A DNA stretch of 64,000 bases from Dehalococcoidia bacterium (lineage in GTDB: Bacteria > Chloroflexota > Dehalococcoidia > Lucifugimonadales > JAAXIE01). Position numbers and translations under genes: made by a program. The stretch is from NCBI GenBank assembly GCA_965197805.1, contig OZ240229.1:3135748-3199747 (forward strand), read 5' to 3'. Positions within the stretch are counted from its first letter, which is position 1. Each line of letters begins with the position of its first letter. Below the pieces are notes generated by a model, which had not been told where the DNA came from, did no database searches, and saw nothing but the letters and a program-made list of their open reading frames with translations. Below are positions 19,078 to 28,336 of this stretch, in pieces.

Positions 19078-19142
19078 CCATCCATAGCATGTCTCTTAGA
19101 ATAGCAGGTCACGCATTTCGTAAGTAGTCGCGTTAGAAACGC

Positions 19143-19931
19143 CTACCCCTCCGCCACGACCTGATTCCGCAACACCCCAATATCACTGATCTCCACCTCA
19201 ATCACATCGCCCGGCACCATGTCGCCGTCGGCGCCTTGGGTGCCCATCCATATGACGTCGCCTGGGTAGAGGGTCATGTACTTGGTGAGCTCGTGTATCC
19301 AAGTGGCGGCGTCCCATATCTGCTCGGAGGAAGAGAAGTCCTCCAGCACCTCGCCGTTGTGGCGCACGATGATGCGGAATTTGGTGGGGTCGAGGTCGGT
19401 GACAATCCAGGGGCCTAGCGGTTTGAAGGTGTCGGCGTTCTTGCAGCGCCACAGGGTGCGGTCGGTCTGTTGCCATACGCGCTGGCTTACGTCGTTGCCA
19501 ATGGTGTAGCCGAACACGTAATCAAGGGCCTCCTCTTTGGAGATGCGCTTGGCCTGCCTGCCTATGACCACTGCCAATTGGCCCTCGGGCTGCACCGCAC
19601 CAGAGGAGTCCTTGGGGATGACGATGTTGTCGCCATGGCCGATGAGGGCGTTGACCGCCCGTTGGTTGGGCGAAGGGGCAACGGGGTACCGCGGCTCCTC
19701 GCCACGCCGCGCCGCCATACCCTCCACATGGCCCCGGTGGTTGGGGCCGGCCGCCCAGAAGTTGGCGGGAACCACGGGCGGCAGAAGCTTCACCGCGTCC
19801 AGCCTGTGGGTCACGCCGGTACCGGCATTCTCGCCCCACGGTGTACCCGACACCTCGATGACTGTGTCGCTCTCGACGATGCCGTGGGAGACTGTCTCAC
19901 CCGCTTGGAAACGACACCACTTTACGCTCAT
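19143..19931 (-). CDS. Fumarylacetoacetate hydrolase (FAH) family protein
   Basis: PEGQLAVVIG, GYTIGNDVSQR, KNADTFKPLGPWI, PGDVIWMGT. Confidence 0.92.
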   Translation of the reverse strand: MSVKWCRFQAGETVSHGIVESDTVIEVSGTPWGENAGTGVTHRLDAVKLLPPVVPANFWAAGPNHRGHVEGMAARRGEEPRYPVAPSPNQRAVNALIGHGDNIVIPKDSSGAVQPEGQLAVVIGRQAKRISKEEALDYVFGYTIGNDVSQRVWQQTDRTLWRCKNADTFKPLGPWIVTDLDPTKFRIIVRHNGEVLEDFSSSEQIWDAATWIHELTKYMTLYPGDVIWMGTQGADGDMVPGDVIEVEISDIGVLRNQVVAEG

Positions 19932-19934
19932 GTG

Positions 19935-20717
19935 TTACTCCTCACGTACTATCGGGTTACGCAGGATGCCGATGTTGGAGATTTCGACCTCCACTGTATC
20001 GCCACCCTTGATGTTCTCGGGGATGCCGTCGGTGCCAAGCCACATGATGTCGCCCGCTTGGATAGTGTTGTACTTGCTGACCTCGCTGATGAAGGTGGGC
20101 GCGTCGAAAATCATGTTGCCGGTGGCGAAGTCCTCGGTGACTCGCCCGTTGACTCGGACGACGGTCCGTAGCTGATCGGGGACCAAGCCGGTGACGATCC
20201 AAGGGCCCATGGGTTTGAAGGTGTCGGAGTTCTTGGCGCGCCACAGGGTGCGGTCGTTGCGCTGCCAGACACGCTCGCTGATGTCGTTGCCAATGGTCCA
20301 GCCGAACACGTAGTCCAAGGCATCTTCGGGGGATACATTGCGACACGTCTTGCCGAACACCGCCACCAGTTCGCCCTCGTACTGCACCTCATCATGGGCA
20401 TCCTTGGGGATGACGATGGTCTCTTCGTGGGCAATCAGGGCGTTGTTGGCCCGGTAGCCGATGTCGGCCCGTGGCGGGAAGGAGGGCTCACGGTTGAGCA
20501 GGGCGGCCATCTTGAGGACATGGTCGCGGTAGTTAACGCCTGCGCAGTAGAAGGTCTCCGGTATCACCGGGACCAGCAGCTTCACATCGTCGAGCTTGCG
20601 GGTATTGCCAGTGCGAGCATGTTCCTGCCATGGTATGCCTGACACCTCTATGACCGTATCGTCTTCGACTATGCCGTAGGAAATCGTCTCGCCTGCTTGG
20701 AAGCGGCACCAGATCAT
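19935..20717 (-). CDS. Fumarylacetoacetate hydrolase (FAH) family protein
   Basis: YEGELVAV, GWTIGNDISER, KNSDTFKPMGPWI; tandem paralogue of the previous gene. Confidence 0.93.
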   Translation of the reverse strand: MIWCRFQAGETISYGIVEDDTVIEVSGIPWQEHARTGNTRKLDDVKLLVPVIPETFYCAGVNYRDHVLKMAALLNREPSFPPRADIGYRANNALIAHEETIVIPKDAHDEVQYEGELVAVFGKTCRNVSPEDALDYVFGWTIGNDISERVWQRNDRTLWRAKNSDTFKPMGPWIVTGLVPDQLRTVVRVNGRVTEDFATGNMIFDAPTFISEVSKYNTIQAGDIMWLGTDGIPENIKGGDTVEVEISNIGILRNPIVREE

Positions 20718-20976
20718 GATTCCTCCTCGTTATGTTCAATCTGTTATGTTCAGTGGTATCGGTTGGGGTCAGCGGGCGCATTCTGGCATCAGCCCTGTAA
20801 GGGGTCAAGCGACACATCACTGACATTCTCGTCTTGCCCATCCGCCCTCCCGCTGCTAGGCTGAGGCATGTCCAACCAACGCCCCGGCCCAACGCCGATA
20901 GAAGGCAGACACATGATGGTCGGCGCTGGAAAACCCGCGAGGGGGGCTGCTTCGCAGCCGAAGACCGGGGATGGCA

Positions 20977-21115
20977 CAGTGTGCCAGCTACGAGCCAGCT
21001 ACGACGATGTCACAAATGTCACACATCTCAGCTACGAAGAACACTTTTCCAGATACGACCAGTGTGCCATCCAGCTACGAGGCCGCCTCACATGTGCACC
21101 GCCTCAGCTACAAAT
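20977..21115 (+). repeat. Dispersed intergenic repeat, copy B, with six CAG(C/A)TAC(G/A)A 9-mers
   Basis: 9-mers start at 20985, 20996, 21029, 21050, 21072 and 21105; includes ATGTCACAAATGTCAC. Confidence 0.65.
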
Positions 21116-21163
21116 CCCCCCGAACCCAGCACACGAGTGTGCTACTAGGCGGAGCCCCTCTGA

Positions 21164-21227
21164 CTGCTGCCCGCCCTGGCTGCTGCCCGCCCTGGCTGCT
21201 GCCCGCCCTGGCTGCTGCCGGCCCTGA
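21164..21227 (+). repeat. Tandem 16-bp repeat x4 (CTGCTGCCCGCCCTGG)
   Basis: Three exact copies plus one with 2 mismatches. Confidence 0.9.
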
Positions 21228-21261
21228 CTGCGTTATGACTAACCGGAATACGGCCAATTCT

Positions 21262-22458
21262 ATGGACGAACAACTGCTCAGCGGCATACGGGTTTTGGAC
21301 CTGAGCCAGGGTATCGCTGGGCCGTATATGACCCGGCTGATGGCTGGTCTAGGGGCCGACGTGGTAAAAGTGGAACCCCCTTCAGGCGACCCATCGCGAC
21401 GGGCTGGGCCGTTCCCTGATCACATCCCCCACCGCGAGAAGAGCGCTCTCTATCTCTACCTCAACACCTCCAAGCAGGGCGTCACACTCGACATCGGAAC
21501 GACCACCGGACGCGACCTGCTGCTGCACTTGGCGAAGGGCGTTGACTTGGTGGTGGAGACCTACCGGCCCGGCACTTTAGACGAGTTGGGGTTGGGCTAC
21601 GACGGTCTGGCTGAGGTCAACCCGCGCGTGGTACTCACCTCCATCACGCCCTTCGGTCAGAACGGCCCCTATAGCCAGCTTCCCGCAGAAGAACTGACTC
21701 TCTATGCCATGTCCGGACTGATGTACCTGACTGGGGAGCCAGATGAGGAACCTCTGAAGGAGGGCCCGGCCGTCACGCAGTACGGGGCCGGACAGATGGC
21801 GCTCGTCGGCACGCTGGCGGCCTTGTGGCAAGCCGACGCGACCGGCGAGGGGCAGCATGTGGACGTCTCCATGGCCGAGAACAACACCGCCATACTGGAG
21901 AATGCCGTGGCCGCCTACAGCTACACCGGACGCGTCGTGCCCCGCACCGGCAATCGCGGCTACGGTCGGGCGGCTTGGGGCATCTACCCCTGCCGCGACG
22001 GCTACGTGGGTGTCATCGCCGGGCCTGACAGACGCTGGCCTGCCATGGTGGACCTGACGGGCATCCCGGAGTTGGGAGACCCACGCTTTGCCAGTCGCCG
22101 CGGGCGCTTGGACTACGCTGACGAGATTGACGCCTACCTGATGCCGTGGATGCTGGACCACGACAAGGAAGACATCTTCACCCGCGCCCAAGAGTTGGGG
22201 CTGGCGTTCTCGTACGTTGCAACACCCCAAGACCTGCTGCACAACGTGCAACTGGAGGCCCGAAACTACTTCAGCAACGTGGAACACCCCGAAGCTGGGG
22301 ATTACACATACCCCGGCCTTCCCTTTCGTGTCAGCGACTCCTCGTGGGAGCTACGCTCTGCCCCCACTCTCGGACAGCACAATCACGAGGTATTCTGCGA
22401 GGGTTTGGGGTTATCAGACGCCGAGTTGGTGCAACTTCGCGCCAGCGGGGTCATATAG
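21262..22458 (+). CDS. Family III CoA-transferase, subunit lacking the catalytic Asp
   Basis: IAGPYMTRLMAGLGADVVKVEP, LNTSKQG, APTLGQHN; start 21262 or 21235. Confidence 0.9.
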   Translation: MDEQLLSGIRVLDLSQGIAGPYMTRLMAGLGADVVKVEPPSGDPSRRAGPFPDHIPHREKSALYLYLNTSKQGVTLDIGTTTGRDLLLHLAKGVDLVVETYRPGTLDELGLGYDGLAEVNPRVVLTSITPFGQNGPYSQLPAEELTLYAMSGLMYLTGEPDEEPLKEGPAVTQYGAGQMALVGTLAALWQADATGEGQHVDVSMAENNTAILENAVAAYSYTGRVVPRTGNRGYGRAAWGIYPCRDGYVGVIAGPDRRWPAMVDLTGIPELGDPRFASRRGRLDYADEIDAYLMPWMLDHDKEDIFTRAQELGLAFSYVATPQDLLHNVQLEARNYFSNVEHPEAGDYTYPGLPFRVSDSSWELRSAPTLGQHNHEVFCEGLGLSDAELVQLRASGVI

Positions 22459-23759
22459 TGGCAGCGCGGATGAGGCCACCGCTGGAAGGCGTCCGTATCC
22501 TGGACCTGTCCGTCATTTGGGCGGGGCCGTATGCCACGAGGCTACTAGCTGACCTCGGCGCAGAGGTCATCAAGGTGGAGGCCCTGAGCTTTTACGACAT
22601 CCAGAGGGGCCCGGTGGCTCCGACCCGTGGTCATATCAACCTGAATTACCCCGACGGCGACCCCGGCGACGAGCCGTGGAACCGCAGCGCATGGTTCAAC
22701 ACCCTGCACATCAACAAGCTGGATGTCACCCTCGACTTGGTGGAGGAAACGGGGCGCGACCTGCTGATGCGCATAGCCACGGTCAGCGATGTGGTCATCG
22801 AGAACTTCCGCTATGGCATACGCGAGAAGAGGCTGGGCCTCAGCTATGAGAGGCTACAAGAGGCGCGGCCTGACATTATACTTGTCTCCATGCCAGCGTT
22901 CGGCAACTCCGGCCCGTGGCGTGGCTATGCCCAGTACGGGATCGGGCAGGAAATGCTGGCGGGCTTCCCCTCCATGACAGGCCACTCGCCGGACCAACCT
23001 GCCAAGTCGGGGATCAATCACGGCGACCCCATCACTGGCACCCATGCCGCGAGCGCCATTTTGGCTGCTCTGCTACGACGCCGACGCACCGGTCGGGGTG
23101 CGTTCATCGACCTCTCGCAGCAGGAATCGACCATCAACTTCGTGGGCGAGCACCTGTTGGGGTACCAGATGACTGGCGAAAACCCTCAGCCGATGGGCAA
23201 CAGCCATCCGGCCATTGCTCCCCACGGGGTTTTCCCCTGCCGGGGTGATGACCGCTGGGTGGCCATAGCAGCCAGCAACGACACACAGTGGAAGGCCCTC
23301 TGCGACTGCATGGGCCAACCCGAACTGGCCCAGCAGCCCGACTACGCAGACGCTCCCAGCCGCTGGGACAACCGCGAGGCACTGGCATCAATCATCAGCG
23401 CGTGGACCCGGGAGCACGACGCCCAAGAATTGGCGTCCCGACTGCAGGCCACCGGTGCACCCGCTGCGCCGGTCAACTCACCACGGGAGTTGTTCCAAGA
23501 CCCCCACTACCAGGCCCGCGAGTTCTTTGAATCAGTGGACCACCCTGCCACCGGCCCCCGCGACTACCCCGGCTTCCCGTTCCGCCTCTCGAAGAGCGAG
23601 ATGGAGGTGCGAAGGCCAGCCCCGACTCTAGGAGAGCACAACCGCGAGGTGCTGGGCGGACTGCTGGGGCTGACCGATGAAGCGCTGAGAGAGCTGGAGG
23701 AGGCGGGTATAATTGGCACCAAGCCATACGAGACCGAGCGGTCCCGGTCTCTGGGATAG
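22458..23759 (+). CDS. Family III CoA-transferase, catalytic-Asp-bearing subunit
   Basis: WAGPYATRLLADLGAEVIKVE, NHGDPITG; GTG start overlaps upstream TAG (or ATG 22470). Confidence 0.9.
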   Translation: MAARMRPPLEGVRILDLSVIWAGPYATRLLADLGAEVIKVEALSFYDIQRGPVAPTRGHINLNYPDGDPGDEPWNRSAWFNTLHINKLDVTLDLVEETGRDLLMRIATVSDVVIENFRYGIREKRLGLSYERLQEARPDIILVSMPAFGNSGPWRGYAQYGIGQEMLAGFPSMTGHSPDQPAKSGINHGDPITGTHAASAILAALLRRRRTGRGAFIDLSQQESTINFVGEHLLGYQMTGENPQPMGNSHPAIAPHGVFPCRGDDRWVAIAASNDTQWKALCDCMGQPELAQQPDYADAPSRWDNREALASIISAWTREHDAQELASRLQATGAPAAPVNSPRELFQDPHYQAREFFESVDHPATGPRDYPGFPFRLSKSEMEVRRPAPTLGEHNREVLGGLLGLTDEALRELEEAGIIGTKPYETERSRSLG

Positions 23760-23842
23760 AATAACGGCCCTTAGTCCCTCCCTGATGCTTCCTTTAGGAC
23801 GACGGACCACAGAATTCTAGAATCGCCGCCAGAGGGAGCACT

Positions 23843-24220
23843 ATGACTACAGTGACGACATATAGGGAAGCGAGTCACGAGCTTATCGCACTCGCGCAAG
23901 CCGAGTTCCAGGCTGGCGACCTACGCCAAGCCTCGGAGAAGGGGTGGGGCGCAGCCGCACAAATCGTGAAGGCTGTAGGCCAATACCGGGGATGGGACCA
24001 CGGGGGCCATGGATTGTTGTACGGCATCGTCGGCAACATTGTGAGAGAGACGGGCGACCGCCAAGTACGCGATCTCTTCCACATCGCCGGCAATCTGCAC
24101 CAGAACTTCTATGAGATGTGGCTTCACAGGGAGGACGTGGAAGCCGCCCTCGAAAACGTGCGCATATTCATCTCCAAGATGGACGCCAGCCTTCCCCAAA
24201 AAGAAACCGCCGCGGAGTGA
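23843..24220 (+). CDS. PaREP1-family (HEPN-like) protein
   Basis: GDLRQASEKGWGAAA...LHQNFYE. Confidence 0.85.
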   Translation: MTTVTTYREASHELIALAQAEFQAGDLRQASEKGWGAAAQIVKAVGQYRGWDHGGHGLLYGIVGNIVRETGDRQVRDLFHIAGNLHQNFYEMWLHREDVEAALENVRIFISKMDASLPQKETAAE

Positions 24221-24306
24221 ACCCACGAGTCCCACCTTCACTCCCAAGTCAACCTTCCCCCTGAGGGAAGAGGGACAATTTGTACTTGTCAGGATAAAGG
24301 AGTGCA

Positions 24307-25062
24307 ATGTCGACAGTCGACTACGAAGTCAAGAACAAAATCGGCTACATCACGCTGAGCCGCCCGGACAAGCTGAATGCCATCAACGTGGAGATGCGCC
24401 AGGAACTTGGGGTCATCTTCGACGATGTGCGGGACAACCCAGATGTGTGGCTGGCCATCATCACTGGCAAGGGCCGGGCCTTCTGCACTGGGCACGACCT
24501 GACGGATATGGCGGAAGGGGCGCATGTGAAGCCCACCAGCGACGAGCTGTATCTGATGGAGTCGCGCATCTGGAAGCCCATACTGGCGGCGGTGAACGGG
24601 GTGTGCCTAGCCCAAGGGTGCGGGCTGGCCTTGAGCGCCGATCTGCGGGTCGCTTCGAGCGAGGCCCGCTTCGGCTGGCCTCAAGCCAAGCGGGGCATCT
24701 CTTCAGTCAGCGGGCCTACCCTGCTGGCCCACCGCGTGCCTCAAGGCATCGCCTTGGAACTGCTGTTCACAGGGCGTTTCCTCTCTGCTGAGGAAGCCCT
24801 CGGCTTGGGGTTGGTGAATCGGCTGGTGCCACCGGAAAGGGTGATGGAGGAGACCGAGGCTTTGGCCCACGAGATCCTGGCCAATGCTCCCCTAGCGGTG
24901 CGCACCATGAAGGAGGTCACCATCCGTGGTCTGGAGATGACTATGGAAGACCGCCTGAAGTACGCCGCCGACCATACCAGCAGCATACGTGAGACTGCCG
25001 ACGCCCAAGAGGGGCTGGCCGCATTCCGCGAGAAGCGCGCGCCTGTCTGGCGGGCCGAGTAG
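24307..25062 (+). CDS. Enoyl-CoA hydratase/isomerase family protein
   Basis: LSRPDKLNAI, AFCTGHDL, KPILAAVNG, AFREKRAP. Confidence 0.93.
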   Translation: MSTVDYEVKNKIGYITLSRPDKLNAINVEMRQELGVIFDDVRDNPDVWLAIITGKGRAFCTGHDLTDMAEGAHVKPTSDELYLMESRIWKPILAAVNGVCLAQGCGLALSADLRVASSEARFGWPQAKRGISSVSGPTLLAHRVPQGIALELLFTGRFLSAEEALGLGLVNRLVPPERVMEETEALAHEILANAPLAVRTMKEVTIRGLEMTMEDRLKYAADHTSSIRETADAQEGLAAFREKRAPVWRAE

Positions 25063-25069
25063 GCCCGCC

Positions 25070-25846
25070 ATGACGACGCAAGGGAAATTACAAGGCAGGG
25101 CGGCCCTCATCACCGGAAGCAGCCGCAATATCGGCCGGGCCATCGCCGTTACGTTCGCCCGGGAAGGAGCGAACTTGGTGCTCAACACGCGCTCCAACGC
25201 AGAAGAGTTGGAAGACGCGGCGGAAGAATGCCGCTCCTACGGCGTCAAGGCTGCCACCTGTCTGGCCGATGTGTCGCAGCACGAGGAGGCGTCCCGTTTG
25301 GTGCAGGAAGTCCTGGGGCAGATGGGGCAGGTCGACATACTGGTGCACAACGCCGCCATCCGCCCCCATCGCCCAGTGGTCGAGGTGCCGGTGGAGGAGT
25401 GGAGGCAGGTCATGCCGGTGAACCTGGACGCCTGCTTCTATCTCTGCCAAGCCGCCATACCTGGGATGATGGAGCGGAAGCAGGGCAGCATCATCGCCCT
25501 CGGCGGGCAGGCCAACATGGCAGGGCGTATCGGCACGGGCAGCGTCACTGCTTCGAAGATGGGACTGCAGGGGCTGATGCGCGTCTTGGCCATGGAACTG
25601 GCCCCCTACGGCGTCCGCGCCAACATGGTCATGCCTGGGGCCATCGACACTGAACGTCGCCACCCGCAGTGGTACCCCGAAGGACTTCCTACGGTCAGCG
25701 ACACCCATGGGCAGCCGTCCATTCCCCTAGGCCGCCAAGGCACTCCACAGGACGTGGCCAACGCCTGCCTGTTTCTGGCGTCGGACGATTCGGCATACGT
25801 CACCGGCGACCGCATATTGGTCATGGGTGGGCGTTATGTAAGTTAA
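25070..25846 (+). CDS. Short-chain dehydrogenase/reductase (atypical active site)
   Basis: TGSSRNIG, VHNAA, PGAIDT; VTASK in place of YxxxK. Confidence 0.9.
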   Translation: MTTQGKLQGRAALITGSSRNIGRAIAVTFAREGANLVLNTRSNAEELEDAAEECRSYGVKAATCLADVSQHEEASRLVQEVLGQMGQVDILVHNAAIRPHRPVVEVPVEEWRQVMPVNLDACFYLCQAAIPGMMERKQGSIIALGGQANMAGRIGTGSVTASKMGLQGLMRVLAMELAPYGVRANMVMPGAIDTERRHPQWYPEGLPTVSDTHGQPSIPLGRQGTPQDVANACLFLASDDSAYVTGDRILVMGGRYVS

Positions 25847-26126
25847 GGGCACAATGAGCTATCCGAGACCCTGGGTACACTTTCCTATTGCTGATGCCCC
25901 AGCTTCATGCCAACCGCAAGACTCATGTGCCGTTGACTAGGATATGAATGCACTGTAGCCTAGCCGGGCGATGTATGGGTAATAGCCTAAAAAAGGGGGG
26001 TATCCTTCCGGGCGTAGGTGCGAACTACAAGTCCCGCAAAGCGCCCCAGTGATGCAATTTCACGACCAATCAACCACTCGGATTGTTTCCCAAGTTTGAT
26101 GTGGCCCTTTCTGAGAGGAGTGTAGT

Positions 26127-26675
26127 ATGCGACTCGCCGCTCTGATATTTGGGATCATAGGAGTCCTATCCCACCTCATAGGCGCCATAATCGCGATGCT
26201 TATCGGCATAGCCAAAGACTCTGAAAGCCGAGGCTATGTCGACTTCGTCCAGGAGCTCATAGAGGGGATGGGTGGGGTCCTCGAAACATTCACAGAGGGT
26301 GACCTAAATCGGCTCCTGGTGATGGGTGCACTCTCCCTGATTGCCGCCATAGTTGGCATCGTGGGGGTGAGCTTCGCGATGTTCAAACCACGCGTGGCGA
26401 TGTGGCTGCTGGCCATACCATCCGTCGTTGGCCTGCTGGCCATAATAGTTGCATATCACTCCGCCCCCGGCCTCATCATCCTCGCATCGTTTGCCATGGT
26501 GTTGTTCCTCTGGGCGGCAGCGCTGGAGTACCAGTGCACCAAGCCGGCGGCTGGCAGCAGCCCCGTGGCGTCCGACAGCACAGCGGCCTCCGACAGCACA
26601 GTGGAGGAAAGTGACGCTGAAGCGGTTGAAGGAACCGGCGACGGGCCAGAAGAGGCGGCTACTCAAGGGGCCTAA
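26127..26675 (+). CDS. Hypothetical membrane protein (about 4 TM, acidic tail)
   Basis: Hydrophobic helices; GAGGAG RBS. Confidence 0.75.
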   Translation: MRLAALIFGIIGVLSHLIGAIIAMLIGIAKDSESRGYVDFVQELIEGMGGVLETFTEGDLNRLLVMGALSLIAAIVGIVGVSFAMFKPRVAMWLLAIPSVVGLLAIIVAYHSAPGLIILASFAMVLFLWAAALEYQCTKPAAGSSPVASDSTAASDSTVEESDAEAVEGTGDGPEEAATQGA

Positions 26676-26735
26676 AGCTATCGCGGATAGCGAGTAGCGG
26701 ACAGCGCAACGGGCAGCGCCTGGGTGGTCAGATCA

Positions 26736-27731
26736 TCAAGGATAGGCGCTGAGTGAGCTGATGGTGTCCCATACCAGCGCGGCAGCTCCCAGCAGACCTG
26801 CGTCGTCGCCCAGAGGGCTGATAGCAACCTTGAAACTATCACGGAAGTGGGCGTTCATGGCGTGGTCAGACACATGGGCTTCCACCACAGGCACCAGCAC
26901 ATGCCACTGCTGTGACACCGAACCGCCAATCACTATCAGGTCTGGGTCGAGCAGTTGCAGGACGTTCAGCAGACCGACTCCCAAGCCTCGTGCCGCGCGG
27001 TCCACGATGTCCAGCGCCAAACGGTCCTGCCGGGCAGCGGCGGCGAATACATGGATAGCGTCGATGGCGTCGATGGGCGACACCTCCGCAGCAAGGAGGG
27101 ACGCCTCTCCACGGGAGATGCGTGTGCGTGCTTGGCGAGCGATACCTGTGCCCGAAGCCACTGCCTCCAAGCACCCCCTGCTGCCACATCCACATTCCGG
27201 GCCGTTGCTTTCGACGCGGGTGTGGCCAATCTCTCCGGCGAAGCCTGAGGCCCCTTCGAATAGATGTCCGTCTACAACGATGCCACCGCCTATGCCGGTG
27301 CTCAGGGTGATGTAGACCAAGGTGTGGCATCCCTGACCTGCCCCGTAGTGGTGCTCCCCCAAGGCAGCGAGGGTAGCGTCGTTGCCCACCAACACTGGGG
27401 CGCCCATGGAATCACCCCATCGCTGCGTCAGGGAGACGCCGTCCATCTCCATCAGATTCGGCGGGGCGAACAGGACACCGGTGCGGGGGTTGAGCGGGCC
27501 CGCCATGGCCAAGCCGATGCCTCGAACTATGGACGGAGCAGCGATGTCGCGGGCTTGGCGCACCGACTGAGCGAGCTGCTCCACCAAGGCCTCGGTGCCT
27601 TGCCCCTTGAGGGTGGCTTCGCGATTGCGCCATATCACATCGCCGGAGTCGTTCACCAGCGCGGTACGAGTCCACGTACCTCCGACGTCAAGGGTGACGG
27701 CTACTTCCTCTTGCATCGCTGGCCGCATCAT
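26736..27731 (-). CDS. ROK family kinase (glucokinase-like)
   Basis: DVGGT, NDATLAALGE, STGIGGG, GEIGH...CGCGSRGCLE. Confidence 0.92.
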   Translation of the reverse strand: MMRPAMQEEVAVTLDVGGTWTRTALVNDSGDVIWRNREATLKGQGTEALVEQLAQSVRQARDIAAPSIVRGIGLAMAGPLNPRTGVLFAPPNLMEMDGVSLTQRWGDSMGAPVLVGNDATLAALGEHHYGAGQGCHTLVYITLSTGIGGGIVVDGHLFEGASGFAGEIGHTRVESNGPECGCGSRGCLEAVASGTGIARQARTRISRGEASLLAAEVSPIDAIDAIHVFAAAARQDRLALDIVDRAARGLGVGLLNVLQLLDPDLIVIGGSVSQQWHVLVPVVEAHVSDHAMNAHFRDSFKVAISPLGDDAGLLGAAALVWDTISSLSAYP

Positions 27732-28336
27732 GACTCTAGGAGTTCGTCCAACTGTTGACGCAACGTGGCGGGTGAACTGGGACCGATAAACTTTCGGGCG
27801 ATGTTGCCCGCCCGGTCGATGAAGAACTTCTCCGGCGTAGCCACAACGCCATACTCGATGGCCACGGTGCCCGTCTGGTCGAGGGCGTTCGGATAAGTGA
27901 GTCCGAACTCATCTATGTACCCGTTGAGATCATCGGGGAAGTCCCAGACGGCCACGCCGATGAATTCTACACCGCGGGGTTGGTACTCTTCGTACAGTTC
28001 CACCAAATGGGCGGCCTCCTCGCGGCAACTGGGGCACCATGAGGCCCAGAAGTCCACCATCACCACTTTGCCACGGGTGTCGGACAACTGCACCATTCCC
28101 CCGTCCAAGCCCTCCAGAGAGAAATCTGGGGCCTCTCGTCCTCGGAGGTCCAATGCCGAGGAGTCGATATTGCTGCCGCCACTGGGGCCGGTGACGGGGT
28201 TCGTGATAGCCCAGCCCAAGAGACCGAGCAGCATGGCAGCGGGTACAAGGGCAGCGACCACCAGCAGGCGGCGCGACAGCCACCAGCGCGGTCGTTCGGT
28301 CTCGGGGACCGCCTCGGGTCGTTCTGGGTCGCTCAA
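27728..28336 (-). CDS. TlpA/ResA/CcmG-like membrane-anchored thiol-disulfide oxidoreductase
   Basis: N-terminal TM, FWASWCPSCREE, ATPEKFFID. Confidence 0.9.
   Translation of the reverse strand: MSDPERPEAVPETERPRWWLSRRLLVVAALVPAAMLLGLLGWAITNPVTGPSGGSNIDSSALDLRGREAPDFSLEGLDGGMVQLSDTRGKVVMVDFWASWCPSCREEAAHLVELYEEYQPRGVEFIGVAVWDFPDDLNGYIDEFGLTYPNALDQTGTVAIEYGVVATPEKFFIDRAGNIARKFIGPSSPATLRQQLDELLES

Noticed and set aside
20977-21231. Possible CRISPR array
   Set aside because: Repeats are 9 or 16 bp without regular unique spacers; no cas genes.
20971-21261. Long N-terminal extension of the CoA-transferase in the ORF track
   Set aside because: It reads through repeats (9-mer array, 16-bp tandem); homology begins at MDEQLLSGIRV.
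25847-26126. Riboswitch or ncRNA in the intergenic gap
   Set aside because: No recognisable consensus or convincing stem set.
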